DNA of 64,000 bases from Blasia pusilla (taxonomy: Eukaryota). Positions within the stretch are counted from its first letter, which is position 1. The number at the start of each line of letters is the position of its first letter. Shown in pieces: positions 8,369 to 22,501 of this stretch. Position numbers and translations under genes: made by a program. The stretch covers positions 1,302,001 to 1,366,000 of the forward strand of contig CM114271.1 of assembly GCA_050084515.1 (NCBI GenBank). The letters are read 5' to 3'. Under the pieces are notes generated by a model. That model searched no databases and was not told the origin of the DNA. It was given only the letters and a program-made list of their open reading frames with translations.

Positions 8369-11300
8369 ACTTCCTTGATTCACTTCTACTCCTGCCCTTT
8401 AAGGCTTTGTGTTTTGAGATTAGCTAGCTACTACGTACCTGAACCTCTTATGGTGCCTTGATAAACTAAGAAGAAATGTGCATTAGTGTGGAGAATGCTC
8501 CAAGAACCAATCTACCACATATTCCTACATCTTGGTTTCAACCGTCTCTTTTCAAGTCTTGCGTATTCTAATAAGGTGTTGCTTTGCCAAGCACCCAATT
8601 CTCAATAGAAGTTGCAGACTAGTTCTCCATGTAATCCATTTCAGATTTGCTCTTTCAGGTTTGTAAGTGATTACCCTCATGTACATGGTTCTATGGAAGA
8701 TATTGTCGAGATCTACTATTTTACCTGAGAGAACTAGATTTTGATTTCAATAGACTTCACCATTTGTTCCTTTTCATGTGATGTAAATTTGTTGAACAAC
8801 CTACATGTGTAGTCTTTAAGGGGATCACCCTCATTGTTTTTAATTAGTAAAAATACTAAGGGTGGCACTAGGAAATCTTTGGATTGGAAAATTTGAAGGG
8901 TAAGTTTTAGGGTATAAGTAGATACCCTAAAGTATAGGAATATATCTATATTTTTATCAGCATTAGGGTAGAAGGAATGTAAAACAGTCCATGGATGTCA
9001 TGCATTAGTAGCAATACTTTATTCCAAAGCCAACTTTTAACACATCAATTTTTTTCATTGAGACTTATCCCTAAAATAAAATTACCCTTGGTAAGTTTTT
9101 CAATAATAATTATTTAATAAGTTAATATAATTTCCTTTTCTTTAACATTTATATTGTCTCTATATAGAAATTATTCACATGTTCTTATGACTTTTCTTTC
9201 ATGAATTAAATTTTCTTCCTAATCAAATGGAAACTTACTTCTTCAAACAACATTCTCTAGAGAATAAGATATGTATTTATCTCTTGTATTTAAAAATAAT
9301 CACTATTTAATAAGAAAAAGGGAAATAATGTTACTTGTAAAAATAATAATTTTATTAAAAAAATGGTTTGTCATGCCTATATGTTACACTAAGTTGGGTA
9401 TTCCCAAAAAACCATAATGGTGAAAAAAAAGGTATTTAATATATACATATTTGAGAAGAGGAAATAATGTGAAATCAATGGAATTTGAAAATATATGTTG
9501 TTTGGATCAAAAAAGTCTTATGGATATAAAGGACATGATAGTAAATTTTCTGCAAGTACGAAGACTATCACCATGTGAGAGAAGAATGAAACTCCTCGGA
9601 AAATTTGTCTATAATCTATCATGTTGACATTGTTCACTGAATTTTGGTACCAATTGTCCATGTGCTTAATACATTCTTGTTCTTATGCAATTTTGATATC
9701 CATAAGAACAATCAAAATTCATTTTTTTCAAGGATTGATAGAATTTCCCTCCAAAGAACTTATGGTATTTTTTCAAAATGTGAATCAATTTATCATTAAT
9801 TTTTTATCAGGAAAAATATAATTTCATCTTTTCTATTTCTAGAATATCCTTCCTGAAGTCTTTATACCTGATTTTTTTGGAAATTTTTTATAAAGTCACA
9901 TTTAAAATGTAACATGATATTAATCTATGTGTCTATTTTCCATCTCTATCATTTTTTTTCTCAATAGTATTTCCAACTTTTGATTTTTGAAAATTCTACC
10001 CATTTTATTTCATTAAATATTTTATAGTGTTATAAATTTTAATTTATGAAAGACATTCATGTATACTATTATTTGAGGAAGTTTTTTCATGACAATAAGT
10101 GTTCGCCACGTTTATTTTAGGCTCAAAAATGGAATAAACGGGCGTTTAGACGTAAACGGTTATAAAGACCGTCCTCACATATCCTAATTAGTTTTTAGAA
10201 AGAAAGTACTATTATTTATTATCGGAGTTTATGTATCATGCCCAAACCCCAAATAGATCTGGAGCTCTCACTCCTTACTCTATTTATGACATCCAATTTT
10301 AAATCATATCTTCTTACATGTAAAACTATCTCACTAAGTTTCTTTGGTAGAGGGCGACCGTAGATAAAAATTTTAATACTAAAATAATTACATACATTAC
10401 AAGAACATTATCAATTAATTTTTGAAATCCAAAATAAGATTTAAGTCACATGGATAAAATCTATAATATTTTATCTTCGAACAGATATTTTTCTTCCGAA
10501 AAGTTAAAGCGTCCGTCCATTATTAAATGAGAACAGAGGTATTTATTTATTATTATTATTTGTGTACGGGAATATTTATATATAGAAACCATCGCCGCTA
10601 CATTTATAGTTACAGGCGTCATGCATCGAAGGAAAATTCCTTGAGATGACGAAGGAAAGGCGCCCCGGGCTGCCCCTGATTCTAGGACAATCGTTGACCG
10701 TGTAGAGTAGAATGTCTCCACATTTTCTATTCCTTAGTCTTAAAGATTCTTCCAAATATCCTTGCTAGGGATTAGACTCGATCTTAGATTGCGCTTGCAG
10801 GATTGTCCCACTCTAGCAAGGATATTCTCCCTAGGCGCCCTTTTTTTTTGGTTGTCCGTATCGAGAATCCCCCGGAGAGGCAGGACGGATGTGACTCAGC
10901 GCACGGAAGGACTACTTGCTCATTCTCCCTATGTCACAGCCCTGAGCGGCGCATTGATCGACGGACTATTCATTCTCTACGTTTCAGTTGGTCTCGCAGT
11001 CCTGAGGTGTCTTTTGATTCTTTCCTTCTTTCTTTCTGTCCATCCGTGATTCCGTCTGTGACTCTGTGTGTGGCCACGCACGCCCCTTCAATACCGTACT
11101 TTCTGCAAAGACTCTTCCGGTACACATATCGAGGGCGGCGGTTTCCAAACTGCTGCGGGAAAAATTGCCTACGGAATAATAGGGCCACTCATTCCCGTGT
11201 AGTTCACACGAATGGACTTTATTGAATAATATTACTTTTTTATAAATAATAATTTAAAAATTGGTATAGTCCGAAAGAGGACAAAAATTATGTGAGTGTT

Positions 11301-12699
11301 ATTTTAAGAAACATAAGAAAATACATAGCAGTCCCCTAACATCTCATCTCTTAAAACCCTTAGTTTTGAGTAATGATAAATGAGTACCGAAAATTGGGCA
11401 AGCAGGTTTTAATAAATAATTTAATTTTAAATTTTAATAAAAAAGAGTAAAACTGATTTTACTATTGACACATGGCATCCATACAAAATTTTACATTTAT
11501 TAATCCCTAACATAAGTAACAATAGAGATGGTGAAGACATCTCATACATACCAATATACATGGCCCACATCGGGTATCTACGACTGGACTAGTCACATGC
11601 GTGTTCCGTGTATGACATGCAACATGACCCTGCTTCTCCTTCGTGGAGTTTATAACTTGTACTCCTCCTTGCCTCACTACGAAGCACTACGGACCTTGAG
11701 CTTTGCAAGCGTAAGTATCACATTCTGTCTCAAAAACCCAACCGGTTGCACGTTCTGTAGGTAGACGAGAAGCCACCAAGTGCTACGCGGTTATGAGTCT
11801 CGAACGCTTAGTGCATCCCATATCCCTATGAAGCCTCGACCAATCTCCCCAAGTCGCTCGCTTATACATTGTCAAGAGCACATCAGTTATTTCCTCATTG
11901 CTTAAGGTGCGTCCCAAATGATTGGCTTGTCGGGTCCTGGCTAGCATGAGCGCAATAGACTAAAATATTTGTGACATGCTGCTTGCCCGTCTAATATATC
12001 CTTGCTAGTCACTAATATGCATGGTGCCTAGATGCCGACCTCCTTTCAACCCTGTTGCATTCGTCCTTGCTACGTACTGCTGTAACCTTTGGGCCACCAT
12101 CCCTCAAGACTTTGTGTGGCCTTCTGACCACCAACCACATGGGAACATGCGCGACCTCCATTCTTGACTCTATCCATTGAAACCCATCCGACTGTCACTC
12201 TCCATCTATACGCCCTCTATTTAGCTGTTACTATCCATCTTTTAGCCAACCGTCACTGTTGTTCACATTGACTAACTACTCAACCAAGTTCACCGTCGTT
12301 CGAGTACTATTTTTCGCTTAAGCTTCTTGGATTACTGTGTAGAGACATTGATCGATTTTGACCTTGGGTGTGCTGATAAGTAATGTGATTGAGCCACATC
12401 TTTTGCTCCGGGATGCATAAAGAGTGGTTTTCGTTCCGAGTCAATTAGGTACCATATCTTCATGTCATTTCCACAACACACTACTAATTGCCGCATTATG
12501 CCAGTCGTGGGTGCACCACAATGTCTTGCTCACAAAGTCGCACTAACATTGAGGAATGGAGTACTTGATGATAGAGGAGATGCCTTTGTTTTCCGAACCA
12601 CATCATTGGTAACTATGCCGTCACGGGAGTTGATGCATTGAGGATAAAAGTGATTCTACTAGAGGAGAATGAGGGCCACCATTGCATCTTTTCAAGATT

Positions 12700-14000
12700 T
12701 TGAGAGGCGAGACGATATATCAGATTGAAGTAGAAGAGGGTTGATATGGAGTGGCGTGACATATCCAAGGTCTCTATATGAGGGACTCCCTCAACCTCAC
12801 TTTGTGTGAACCTCAAATTGAGGAGAGACCTTAGAGGAGGAGTTCCTTACCGCGTCATCAATGATGTTGACAAGGGCATACGAGATGGATGGTTGGGGAA
12901 GAGGATTGCCTAAATTTTGAGGGGCCATGGGTATTATTGACTCGGATTACTTCATAACAGAGTTCAAGAGGGTGTCAAACTCTCATAAGTTCAATCCTTT
13001 CACGACATAGAATAATTTATTATAGGGGCTTCAATGGACAACTTCAAAGATTTTTTTGTTGGATTTTTTTGTTGGGTTTGGAGGCTATACTATAACCCAA
13101 ATTACATATCATGGACTGAGCTGATGTCAAGGAGTACCTAGGAGGAGCTATCTCATCAACCTCAATTGATACCCATAAAGGGATAAGCCATCTAGAAGCA
13201 ATCATATCGTCTAATGAGGTTCACTTAAGGCTCAACCCCATGGTCAAGTTCTTGGCTCAATTACAATGAAACTATTATGGAGTACAAACCTAAAAGTCAT
13301 GGAGTATCCATGACTTCCATAGGCAGAGAGGTGAGAGTTTGCATGAGGCTTCACCCGCTTATGCCCATTGATTAGAATTACTCAAGGAATAATGGTTGCT
13401 TGTGTCATTTAGACATTATATGGGATGTTAGAGCATGACCTACAAATAGGGATTAGAGATAAGACCCTCTTACATCAAACCTCACCTACATTGAGGGAGA
13501 TTTTTGAGCTAGCTTAGTGCATTGAGCACAATATCGCAAAGAAGAGTATGGCAACCTTGAGATACTCGAGGGAGGTTTTGCGAGTGATGACTACACCACA
13601 TATGCTACAATACACATCTCAAGAGATACCTATGCTACAAAGACCATGCTATCATAATAGTCATATGCACTTCAAGAACAACCATAGTAACTTTGTTGGA
13701 TGTGTGGTGGGACTGTGGGGCACATCATCAAAAGGATTATACACTTTAGGTTAGGACCACTTCCATGAGTAGTCTATTGTGATCACTTTCAACGCTATAG
13801 CTACACTTGACAGAGGAGTTTCATCTTAAAACTTGAGCTACACATGGATAGAGTACCAAAGAGAGTTGGAGGTCCAAATGGAATAGAAGCCTCGGAGTAG
13901 GTGGTCTAATGGATGGATAAGGTGATTGAAATAGCCGTAGAGGAGGTAGAGGCCTACCACCTAGATAGATTGAGGGAAATAGTGGTCAATGGATGGTGAC
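12700..14000 (+). mobile_element. Highly degenerate retrotransposon gag-like remnant
   Basis: Purine-rich coding-like sequence with many stops and a decayed zinc-knuckle-like motif (CWMCGGTVGHII) near 13694-13730. Boundaries are approximate and the family is uncertain. Confidence 0.3.
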
Positions 14001-15289
14001 AACAATATATGTTATATAGTAATGGATACATGTACTATAATTATAATGTCTTGTCTAATTGACTAAAGAGTACTCGTGTGGCATATTTGGGGAGATCGGA
14101 AGTTAGTCTCGCATGGTCAAGGATGACTTGCTAAGGAGTACTTGATTCAAGTTATCTCCTTGTTTTTGGCTCATTTGGAATTATTTTAAGGAACTTAACA
14201 TGTCAAATAATTTCCGTATCTATGATAGAGCTTACTTTTTATTTGAGAAAATATTCCCTTGATCCACGATAGTAGGCTAGGGTCGAGGAGGTGACCTATA
14301 TGCCCATGTCACCTAAGATAGAGCTTGGGGAAAAGAGAAGGTATATCTAAGGAGAAGGAAGTCATCCTCCTTTTGTCTTCTCCCACGAGATGATGGAGTT
14401 ATGATCCTTTTTGCCTAGTATGAATATATAACCCAAAATCTCTCATCTTGAGAATAGGTTTGATTTTACAATTATAACCATCAAATGTTTTGTGAGAACA
14501 TAATTATCGATTTCTGATTTCTTTAATGGACACCTTTCTAGTGCATGATCGTTTGTATATACGAATATCATGGTCAAATGTTGCATCTTGTGTATGAAAA
14601 TGCATGGATGATGATAATAATATATGTAATGCAACGATATGTATGCACAAAACATCAATTCCCTATAAAGATGAAACCAAGACCAGAAATTCCATAGAAA
14701 ATGAAGAATGAGGGTAGGGGGTCAATGGCCTATTATGAAAGTACCCATTCTATTTGAATATGATATGATATAGAATGTATTCTAATTCAAAACCATTTCC
14801 AAAGTTGTTGAAATGGCTCACACGACACTAACCATTTTAAGACCCAATTACAAATCCCAAATGGATTTGGAATTCACTTCTTTACCTACATATGACAATC
14901 CACTATCTAAAACTACAACATACATCGTGCTGATTTCCCTTACGGTGGCAAATCTTCTTGTTGTGTCAATGTCAGTTCTGCAGACTGTTGTGATAAGACT
15001 ATGCAATGTGCCACTTTGGTCCCACATACGATCATCCATGTGAGTCCAATCAGCTTCATTTCATCCTTCCCATCCCACCATGAATTGGATGGCAAGTGGG
15101 TACCTGTGAAAATTCTAAAAGATCACATGAAGTAGTAAGAGAATCGGGTTTGGGTAGATATTTAAGAGTGTGGAAAACCTTGGCCAGTACTTGAAATTGT
15201 CAAGCATTACAAGCATTGAGACTTGTATGTGGTGTGGAGTGGATGGGTAGTCTCTTTCTAGAAAGAAGGTCAGACCAGTGGTTTATAAA

Positions 15290-15560
15290 ATTAGATCCAA
15301 CCTGAGGTCTATCACCCTTGGAGATACATACATAGTAGTAGGGTGGAGTCTCCACACCATGAGTTAGAGAGGTGAAGTGAAGTGGGATCCAACTACAAAT
15401 AGGGTCCATAGCTGAGGATACAAACCCAGAAATAGAGTGGAGTCTCCAGACCAGTTGTAAGGGAGATGGGGTAATAGGAATTTAGATCCAACTACAAATG
15501 AGCTCCATACCTATGGATACATGCCAACCCGTACGGTGGGGCCTCCAGGGGCCTCCAGAG
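15290..15560. repeat. Degenerate tandem repeat, unit about 95 bp, about 3 copies
   Basis: GATCCAAC...GATACA...GTGG(A/G)G(T/C)CTCCA blocks recur at about 15292, 15386 and 15483. Confidence 0.55.
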
Positions 15561-16190
15561 CTGGACTGGTCAAGTATCACTTACATTAACTATAAAGGTC
15601 TGACATGAATTTCTTATGCGTTGCAATTTCATGGCACCATCACCAGTGAATCAGCAGAAATGACTTCGTCCAAGGAATCTTGCTTGCCCATCAATGTCAG
15701 CTTCGTAAATATCTTCTTAACATCTTCTCATCAGCACACATGGGGAAAGCCCAAGGCTTGGTTGACGAGCAGCAAGCCTACGATTGGTGGTGTACTCCAT
15801 CGAAACAGTGTTCACTGGCCAAATAATGCTTATCAAGACTATATCCAATCAAATTCATTGGAATATCTGTTTGGTAAATCAAATTTCTTAGGGAATCATT
15901 CCCCGAATCCAGGGTAAGAATAGTTTTTTCAGGGCTCTCAATCCTGCCCCAATGTGACATCATGAAGCCAGAGCATGGTATGAAGCTTGTTGCAGATGCA
16001 GAACTAAAACTAGGTTTTGAAGTCACTTGGGGCACAAATGTCAACTCATCAACACACTGCAATCATCAGATCACCAATCATATCCATACAATGCTAGTCA
16101 AACAAGTATCCTTTAGTACAAGATTGGTAGCACAAATGAAAACTACGCTACACTTGGAAGTGATTGTGCACGAACATGCAATTCCAAATA

Positions 16191-18074
16191 CTACCAACCA
16201 TATTTAGCCTGTGTTTCAGCTTTTGTTAAGTTGCCCCTGGACCTCCTGTCCAACAATTCCATCTCTTTCTGCTTCATATCAAAATACAATGCTCCAATTT
16301 GATGTTTCCTTCGATGGATCTTCGAAGGCTTATCTTTATTGGATGACACAGGCTGCACAACATGACCACAAATTTAAAAATAAGCAGATTTCAGAATATC
16401 TGCCTGGGAACTACATTCCCCTGCATTGCCCGCCAAGATTTGGATATTTGATGTAATAAACAGACAAACAGTTTCACATCCCTTGAAGCAGACACTCCTA
16501 ATTCCAACATATATTCTCCATGTTATTTTTTCTCTGCCGCGTCTTCTTGCATATGTGACATGACAAGATACACAAGCAAGTGAATCAAGCTTGAGGAGCA
16601 GGATCTGTATCAGTTAACTTCGTGAATTCAGGTGTATACTTGTTAAGGTGTTATTAGAGTGAATACTCTAATAACACCTTAGGTGCTTACTAGAGAGGGG
16701 AAAGCATCCAGGAATAAAGGGAAGATGGCAAAGGCCCATCAAGAAGTTGCGAGGAAGGAGCAAGAGGAAGACCCCTCTTAAGAAAAAAATCAGTAACCAA
16801 AGAAACAATGTCAACTATTACTGCTATGTTTCACTCCACTGAAGTTACTCATAATCAATCTGCTCTTGACAAGAAAGGACGACTAACCTGATAAGTGGGC
16901 CCAAATGCAATGCCAGTTGTGCGAAGCTGATCCTCTCTCAATCTTCCACCCGTCAGATCAGCTTGCTTTACCTCTATAACCTGCGGTGGTGGCTCATCCT
17001 TGCCTTTCCTCCTCTCCCTCTTCAATACCTCAGCGAGGGGATCCACAGTTCTACTTGCTGGAGTTGGCTCAGATGAAAATCCATAAGCACCTTTTCCAGA
17101 ATATTGCCAACTTGTTTCATCCTGATAGCCCCCAACATAGTACCCACCACCACCATTCTCAATCTGCTCCTGTGCAAATTGCCCTTCTGAAATTCGAGAT
17201 TGTGTCCATGGTAACCTGTATCTGGTGCAGCTGCACCTTGACCTGGTTGGGCAGAATAATGATAGTGGGTGCTCAAATTTACACCCTTACGCATCTCTGA
17301 AGAAACTCTCTCTACCATGGATGAGTGCACAACGTTGTCTTCTGCATTATCTGAACTTCTTGGCTTGTCAGGAATATTGATGGAAGTTACTTCCTTGACA
17401 GTACTTGTGGCAGTCTCCATTGCGGTGCGGCGTCCACCTGCACCTAGACCTCCCCCAAAGCCCACACCTGCTCCCAAACTGTTCTTAGGTGGTGGAAGCA
17501 GAGCAGCTAACCCCCCTACTTTTGCCTCCGATATTTTGTTACTGTCTTCAGAGATTTTGGGACGCTTTTTGGTCCGTTCCAAGTCACCTTCATCTGATGA
17601 CTCTAACAGAGCTAGATTCACTGGTGGCTTGAATTCCACCAAATTCTTCTTGGACTTAGAGTTTGATGGAGGGGGCAATTTCGCAAGAAAAGACTTCGTA
17701 GATGAGGGAACACGTGAAGGAGGAGGCAAATGCATAAACAAAGAACCTGACTTCCCTCTGACGTCTGGAACTTTCTTTTCATGAATCACATCCGTTCCAT
17801 CAAAGAAATTTGACGGCAGAGGTACTTTCCTGTGCCCAGGAAGGGAAGCAGACAAAGAGCTACCATTTTCACCAATAACAGATTGGGCTAGGGTTCCACC
17901 TTTATTCACTGGCTCACCCCAATCATCTATTTGTAGAGCAGGTATTTTTGCAGGGGGAAGTGCAGTGAGAAATGAATGAAATGTGGAACTAGAACTCGTC
18001 TTGGCGACAGCAGCAGAAGCGTTGGGTAAATCTTCATCTTCTTCATCAGACCCATAGGTACCGAGTAGATCCAT
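16191..18074 (-). CDS. PRCC: PRCC-like proline-rich protein (mitotic checkpoint regulator / MAD2B-interacting family), about 414 aa
   Basis: Exons 18074-17291, 17186-16888 and 16352-16191, with GT-AG introns in consistent phase. N-terminus MDLLGTYGSDEE, LPPP repeats, and C-terminal domain IEVKQADL...TGIAFGPTYQ|PVSS..KPSKIHRRKHQIGALYFDMKQKEMELLDRRSRGNLTKAETQAKYGW*, the typical PRCC C-terminus. The ORF-track start at 18080 is GTG; the first ATG is at 18074. Confidence 0.88.
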
Positions 18075-19941
18075 TGCCACACAACCACACCCTCAACGTC
18101 CTCCTCTCTTCGGATTGAATCTAGGTTACAGTCTCAACTCAACTCAACTGCAACCACAACCAACAAGCAGAAAATATTTTATTCCTTGCGGTGGAAGGGA
18201 GGTTTGCTTTGCGTATCGCTGTTTATCTCAGGCACATTGGCTATGTACATCAGTTTACAGATACAAACTAGAGTACTAATTACAAATTTGAATGTATGTC
18301 AACTTTAAGGAATGCATGACTAGTGAAATTCTGCTCTGGGTGTAGAGTCTACGTAGGCCTTGGGATCTCAATGCAATGAAATCTTGCTACAACCTGAGTA
18401 AAACCCTTGGGCTACAAATCTCTGAAAATTGAAAGATTTATCCTGTAAACCTTGAAGGAAAATGCGGGTGTAAAGGGAATTTCTTTGGTGGATTAAGTGA
18501 TCCTCTCTCCTGCTGGTGAAGCTTCTAGGCAGCCTGGGCACCTGATTTAAAAATTGATGATAGTGGGTTGGTATTACTCAGAGTGTGGAGTTGCAAATAT
18601 CACTTTCTACCCTAAATTGAATGGAAAGAGTAGATTTCCACAGCTAGTGGGTTAGATGGATCTGCCGTGGAAAGTTTTGTTACCAATTCTGTCCGCTGTC
18701 ACTCGGCCGAACTGGATTTCCGAAGTGTCGCTTTTCTACTGCAAAACAGGAGCGAAGTTTAAACATCAGGAATTGGAACTTTACTTGCTGTCAACCCTGT
18801 AAATCACCTGAAGAGCGTGCGCACCGAGCGGGGGGGGGAACCGCGAGCGGGACGCCCTGCCAGCTTCAAAACTAGACGTCATCAGAGGGCGTGCCCACCC
18901 GTCAGAGATTGTAGCAGCAAATTCAGCTGGTCTCTTTCACCGATATTCTAAGCTCGAGTTCGTTTCTTGAGCTCATTTGAAAATCTGGAAATGGACGGGA
19001 TCACACGGGGGTCGGGCTCCTCACTTTGAATAAAATTAGGTTAATTTCAACTCGCTTGCAACCAAAACCAACAAGCAGAAAAAACTCTAGCCATTTCCTT
19101 CCTGGAGTCATTCCCACAATTTGTACTCAATCCGTCTCGCGACTTTGAAATCCCACTGTCTACTGCAAATCCAAAAGACTGATTACTAAATTCTTAAAAG
19201 CCTGTCCGAAGTTCCCAAACGTCGAACGTGCAAACGACACACTTTGCAGTTCATAATTTCTCTACTCGGACGAAAACCCCAATCCGGAACTCGCAGCCAC
19301 AACCACGAAAGCCTTGCAATCTCAACCAGCCGTTGCTTCCAAAGCGGAGAATTCAAAATCAATCGTTATATCCACAACCCATTGTTCTTCCCCCAAAGAC
19401 TCCCGCTATTCGGATTGCAATTGCACAGCAAAATCCACTCACAGAATGAAAAGCTAACTAAAGGCAACTACCGCACCTTCGCATCAAAACCAGGCCCCTC
19501 AAACCCGTCACATAAACCCCTTTTCAACACAGAGAGCTCAACGGCATCAAACCTCACCATCACGAGCAACGTTATCAGCGCAAAATCGAAGCCAATTCCA
19601 CAGGCGAGCATCTATAACCCCTGAACATCCTTAGCAAACTTAGTGCACCATCACCATCACCACACCACACCACACAATCCTCCAAAGCACGAGATTCCAC
19701 GCCTCTCTCACTAAGCCCCTTCAGGCGCCCAAGAACCCATGTGTCAAAAACTCACTCAAGCAGGCTCATCCGCCCTTCAATTCCTTGAAAACACAAGCCC
19801 CAATCTCGATCTCAGATTCGTCGCAGGCCAGTTCCACCAAACCCAACATCCCCTGTGATTCCCCAAAAGCCTTCGTCAACGACCCACCCTGGGCGGTTTG
19901 TGTATGTGTCGTTTGGTCATCCGTGACGATGAATTCAGCAC

Positions 19942-20132
19942 TAATAATCCTAAGTTCCTACACTAAGTGTACTAGGCTTGGACACTTTGACACACTTTGA
20001 CATGTGTCAAAGCCTTTGCCACAATACACTTTGGAAATAATCCTAAGTTCCTACACTAAGTGTATTGGGCTTTGACACTTCGACACACTTTGACATGTCG
20101 AAGTGTCAAAGCCTTTGCCACAATGCACTTTG
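19942..20132. repeat. Two-copy tandem duplication (unit about 94 bp) upstream of the PRCC-like gene
   Basis: TAATCCTAAGTTCCTACACTAAGTGTA...GACACACTTTGACATG...GTGTCAAAGCCTTTGCCACAAT repeated at about 19945 and 20038. Confidence 0.85.
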
Positions 20133-20226
20133 ATTCCAAAGTGTATTGTGGCATCACCTTCGAGTCATGTTTTTCTTCTTCTAATTATGTTAGGCCACTT
20201 CGAGTTTAAATTAAACGTCCCATTTA

Positions 20227-21116
20227 GGGTATGACAAGAAATCATTTTTTGATAGGAGGATAAAGTATAATTTGATTTTTTAATTAAGAGGGTCGCCATA
20301 ACATTTCTTGCATAGGTAGTTGGGCGATGCAAATATCCATGAGATCCAACCCTTATTTACGACCCCTACTATAAGGTGATTTTGAACATTTTGATTACAA
20401 GTAGATTCATTACCATTATTCGGCCCGTTTAGGGTTTTGAATTTCATGATGCAGTTTGAATTTTATAACTTCGTATATGCTTTGGAGGTTCACATAGTAT
20501 TTTATATACTAGTCGAATATAGTTTGGAGGTTTAGGTTTGGAAGTATAGATACTCTACAGGTTTTCAACCATGGATATGAACTTTTTGACAACTAGGATG
20601 AATGTGTACCCATCATATAAGGGTGATGCTCTCAACAGGGTTATTTCAAGCCTTCATAGGTTATTTCTAGCCTTGTTCCATTAATAGACTTATTTCTAGT
20701 CACGCCCTCTTTCCCGAAAGCTCATATCCATGGTTGAAAACTTGTAGAGTATCTTGCTCTCCGTTCAAAATCACCTTATAGTAGGGGTCATAAATAAGGG
20801 TTGGATCTCTTGGATATTTGCATCATGGATATTTGCATCGCCCAACTACCTAAAGCAAGAAATGTTATGACGACCCTCTTAATTAAAAAATCAAATTATA
20901 CTATATCCTCCTATCAAAAAATGATTTCTTGTCATACCCGAAGGCTGTATTAATTTCCCATACAAACCTCCAAACTATATTCGACTAGTATATAAAATAC
21001 TATGCGAACCTCTAAAGCATATACGAAGTTATAAAACTCAAACTACATCATGAAATTCAAAACCCTAAACGGGCCAAATAATGGTTCTAATGGAATCTAA
21101 TTGTAATCAAAATGTT
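20227..21116. repeat. Composite inverted-repeat block (foldback/MITE-like), order A-B-C...C'-A'-B'
   Basis: A 20227-20387 pairs with 20763-20939; B 20385-20533 pairs with 20964-21116; C 20548-20586 pairs with 20717-20754. Each pair is a near-identical reverse complement. Confidence 0.85.
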
Positions 21117-22501
21117 TTGAGTTGGTATGGTCAGCACTATAAAATGCACTAGTTGATAATAATTTTTTCGTTCCATATCCTTAATAAATATTTCATTTCC
21201 GTTTGATAATTTTGGCTTATCGCAATCAACTCCTCTGGTGAATATCTCACTCTTCACTAAAAACAATCCTCACTCCTCCACTTCTAGGTGAATATCAAAT
21301 AAATCTTCATGATCACTCCTCCTCTCTTCAAGACTCAAATATTATCTCTTACCCTCCCCCAAATTTTACATTCATCATAGTGTTAAGAGGCACTTCAAAC
21401 TCAAAATAGATAATGTGTTACTATTTTGTCTTATTGATCCGCTATTTTAGGCAATGGCGATGAGCTTGCAAACGAGCTATTTCAAGCTTGTCGATTACTT
21501 TGGTGGCTTAGAAGAAACGGGAGAGGAACTTCAAGAGATGATCTCCCTCACCAAAATCTGGTAACCTGTGGGGTATAGTCAAGTTGAAACGGCGGAGGCA
21601 GTTGGACTTCCAACACTATCCTAAACAGGTGATGGGGAAAACTTGAACCCAAAGAAGACCCATAGAGCAGACCAATCTTGGACCAAAAAGGTTCTAGAGA
21701 TTGTGCAAGCAACCAAGCTCCCTGCAGGCCTATACTGTGGGAGCAAGATGGGAAAGCATTCATGGATACCATAACCAAAGCAGTGGGCAAACACTTAAAG
21801 CAGAATAGCACAGAGGAAGCCATGAAAATGTCTGACCTCTCTCTCTTGACGGTACATCCTCAACAGGAAGAACTGAAGAACTATTTGCGGGAACCCCTTG
21901 CTTGGGAACCTGGCTTAAGTTCAAGTTTACGACGGGGGTAACCCCCTTGAACCAGAAGAAAAGCAGGATGGGAACACAACCAAACTCTTGCATCTTGTGT
22001 GACAATGGGGATGAAACCTCTAGTCACTACTTGGTCTCCTGCACAAAATTCACAACACAGAGTAAGAGCATATGTTGATATTGCCAAGCTGATAACATCA
22101 GAATCGTTCGACACATTTAGTAGCCTAGATTCATTGCCCAAAGCTGCTGCACTGGTAAGTAATGTTTATTGGGGATCCCAATGAGGTAAAGTAGATGGTG
22201 TGGTGAAGAAATTCTTGGTTGACACTTAGAAGCATTGCATCAACACATTGTTTGGTCAGCACTCACATTATATGAGAGTGTCCCCCTCCTCTCATATGGT
22301 ACCTTCTTCAGTTGTTCTTCTCTCTACACCCATCCTAGTCTCAAGCACCATCCAACCAGGGCGCGGGGTCTCTGGTTGCAAGCTATAACAGGCACTACTA
22401 ATGAGTACAGTCTGTTTGGGCCACTATTACAAGATGTTGCAACTCCACAAATGACATGCCTTTACCATCATATGAACGATATGAGGAGTCAGATGACAAG
22501 C

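Noticed and set aside
10461-11240. Possible long-TIR (Mutator-like) element around a GC-rich core
   Set aside because: Only short inverted matches of 7-8 bp (ACGGGAAT/ATTCCCGT, GTCCATT/AATGGAC); no TSD or coding evidence.
17022-17290. Apparent frameshift or pseudogenisation of the PRCC-like gene (352-aa ORF lacks the conserved C-terminus)
   Set aside because: A 104-nt GT-AG intron (17290-17187, ATGC|GTAAGG...TTTCAG|AA) restores the frame. RNA-seq would confirm; a 1-nt assembly error is a less parsimonious alternative.
21430-22500. Coding-like sequence interrupted by the copia insertion (continues at about 27764-28130)
   Set aside because: Multiple stops and no motif I can recognise, so no family can be assigned.
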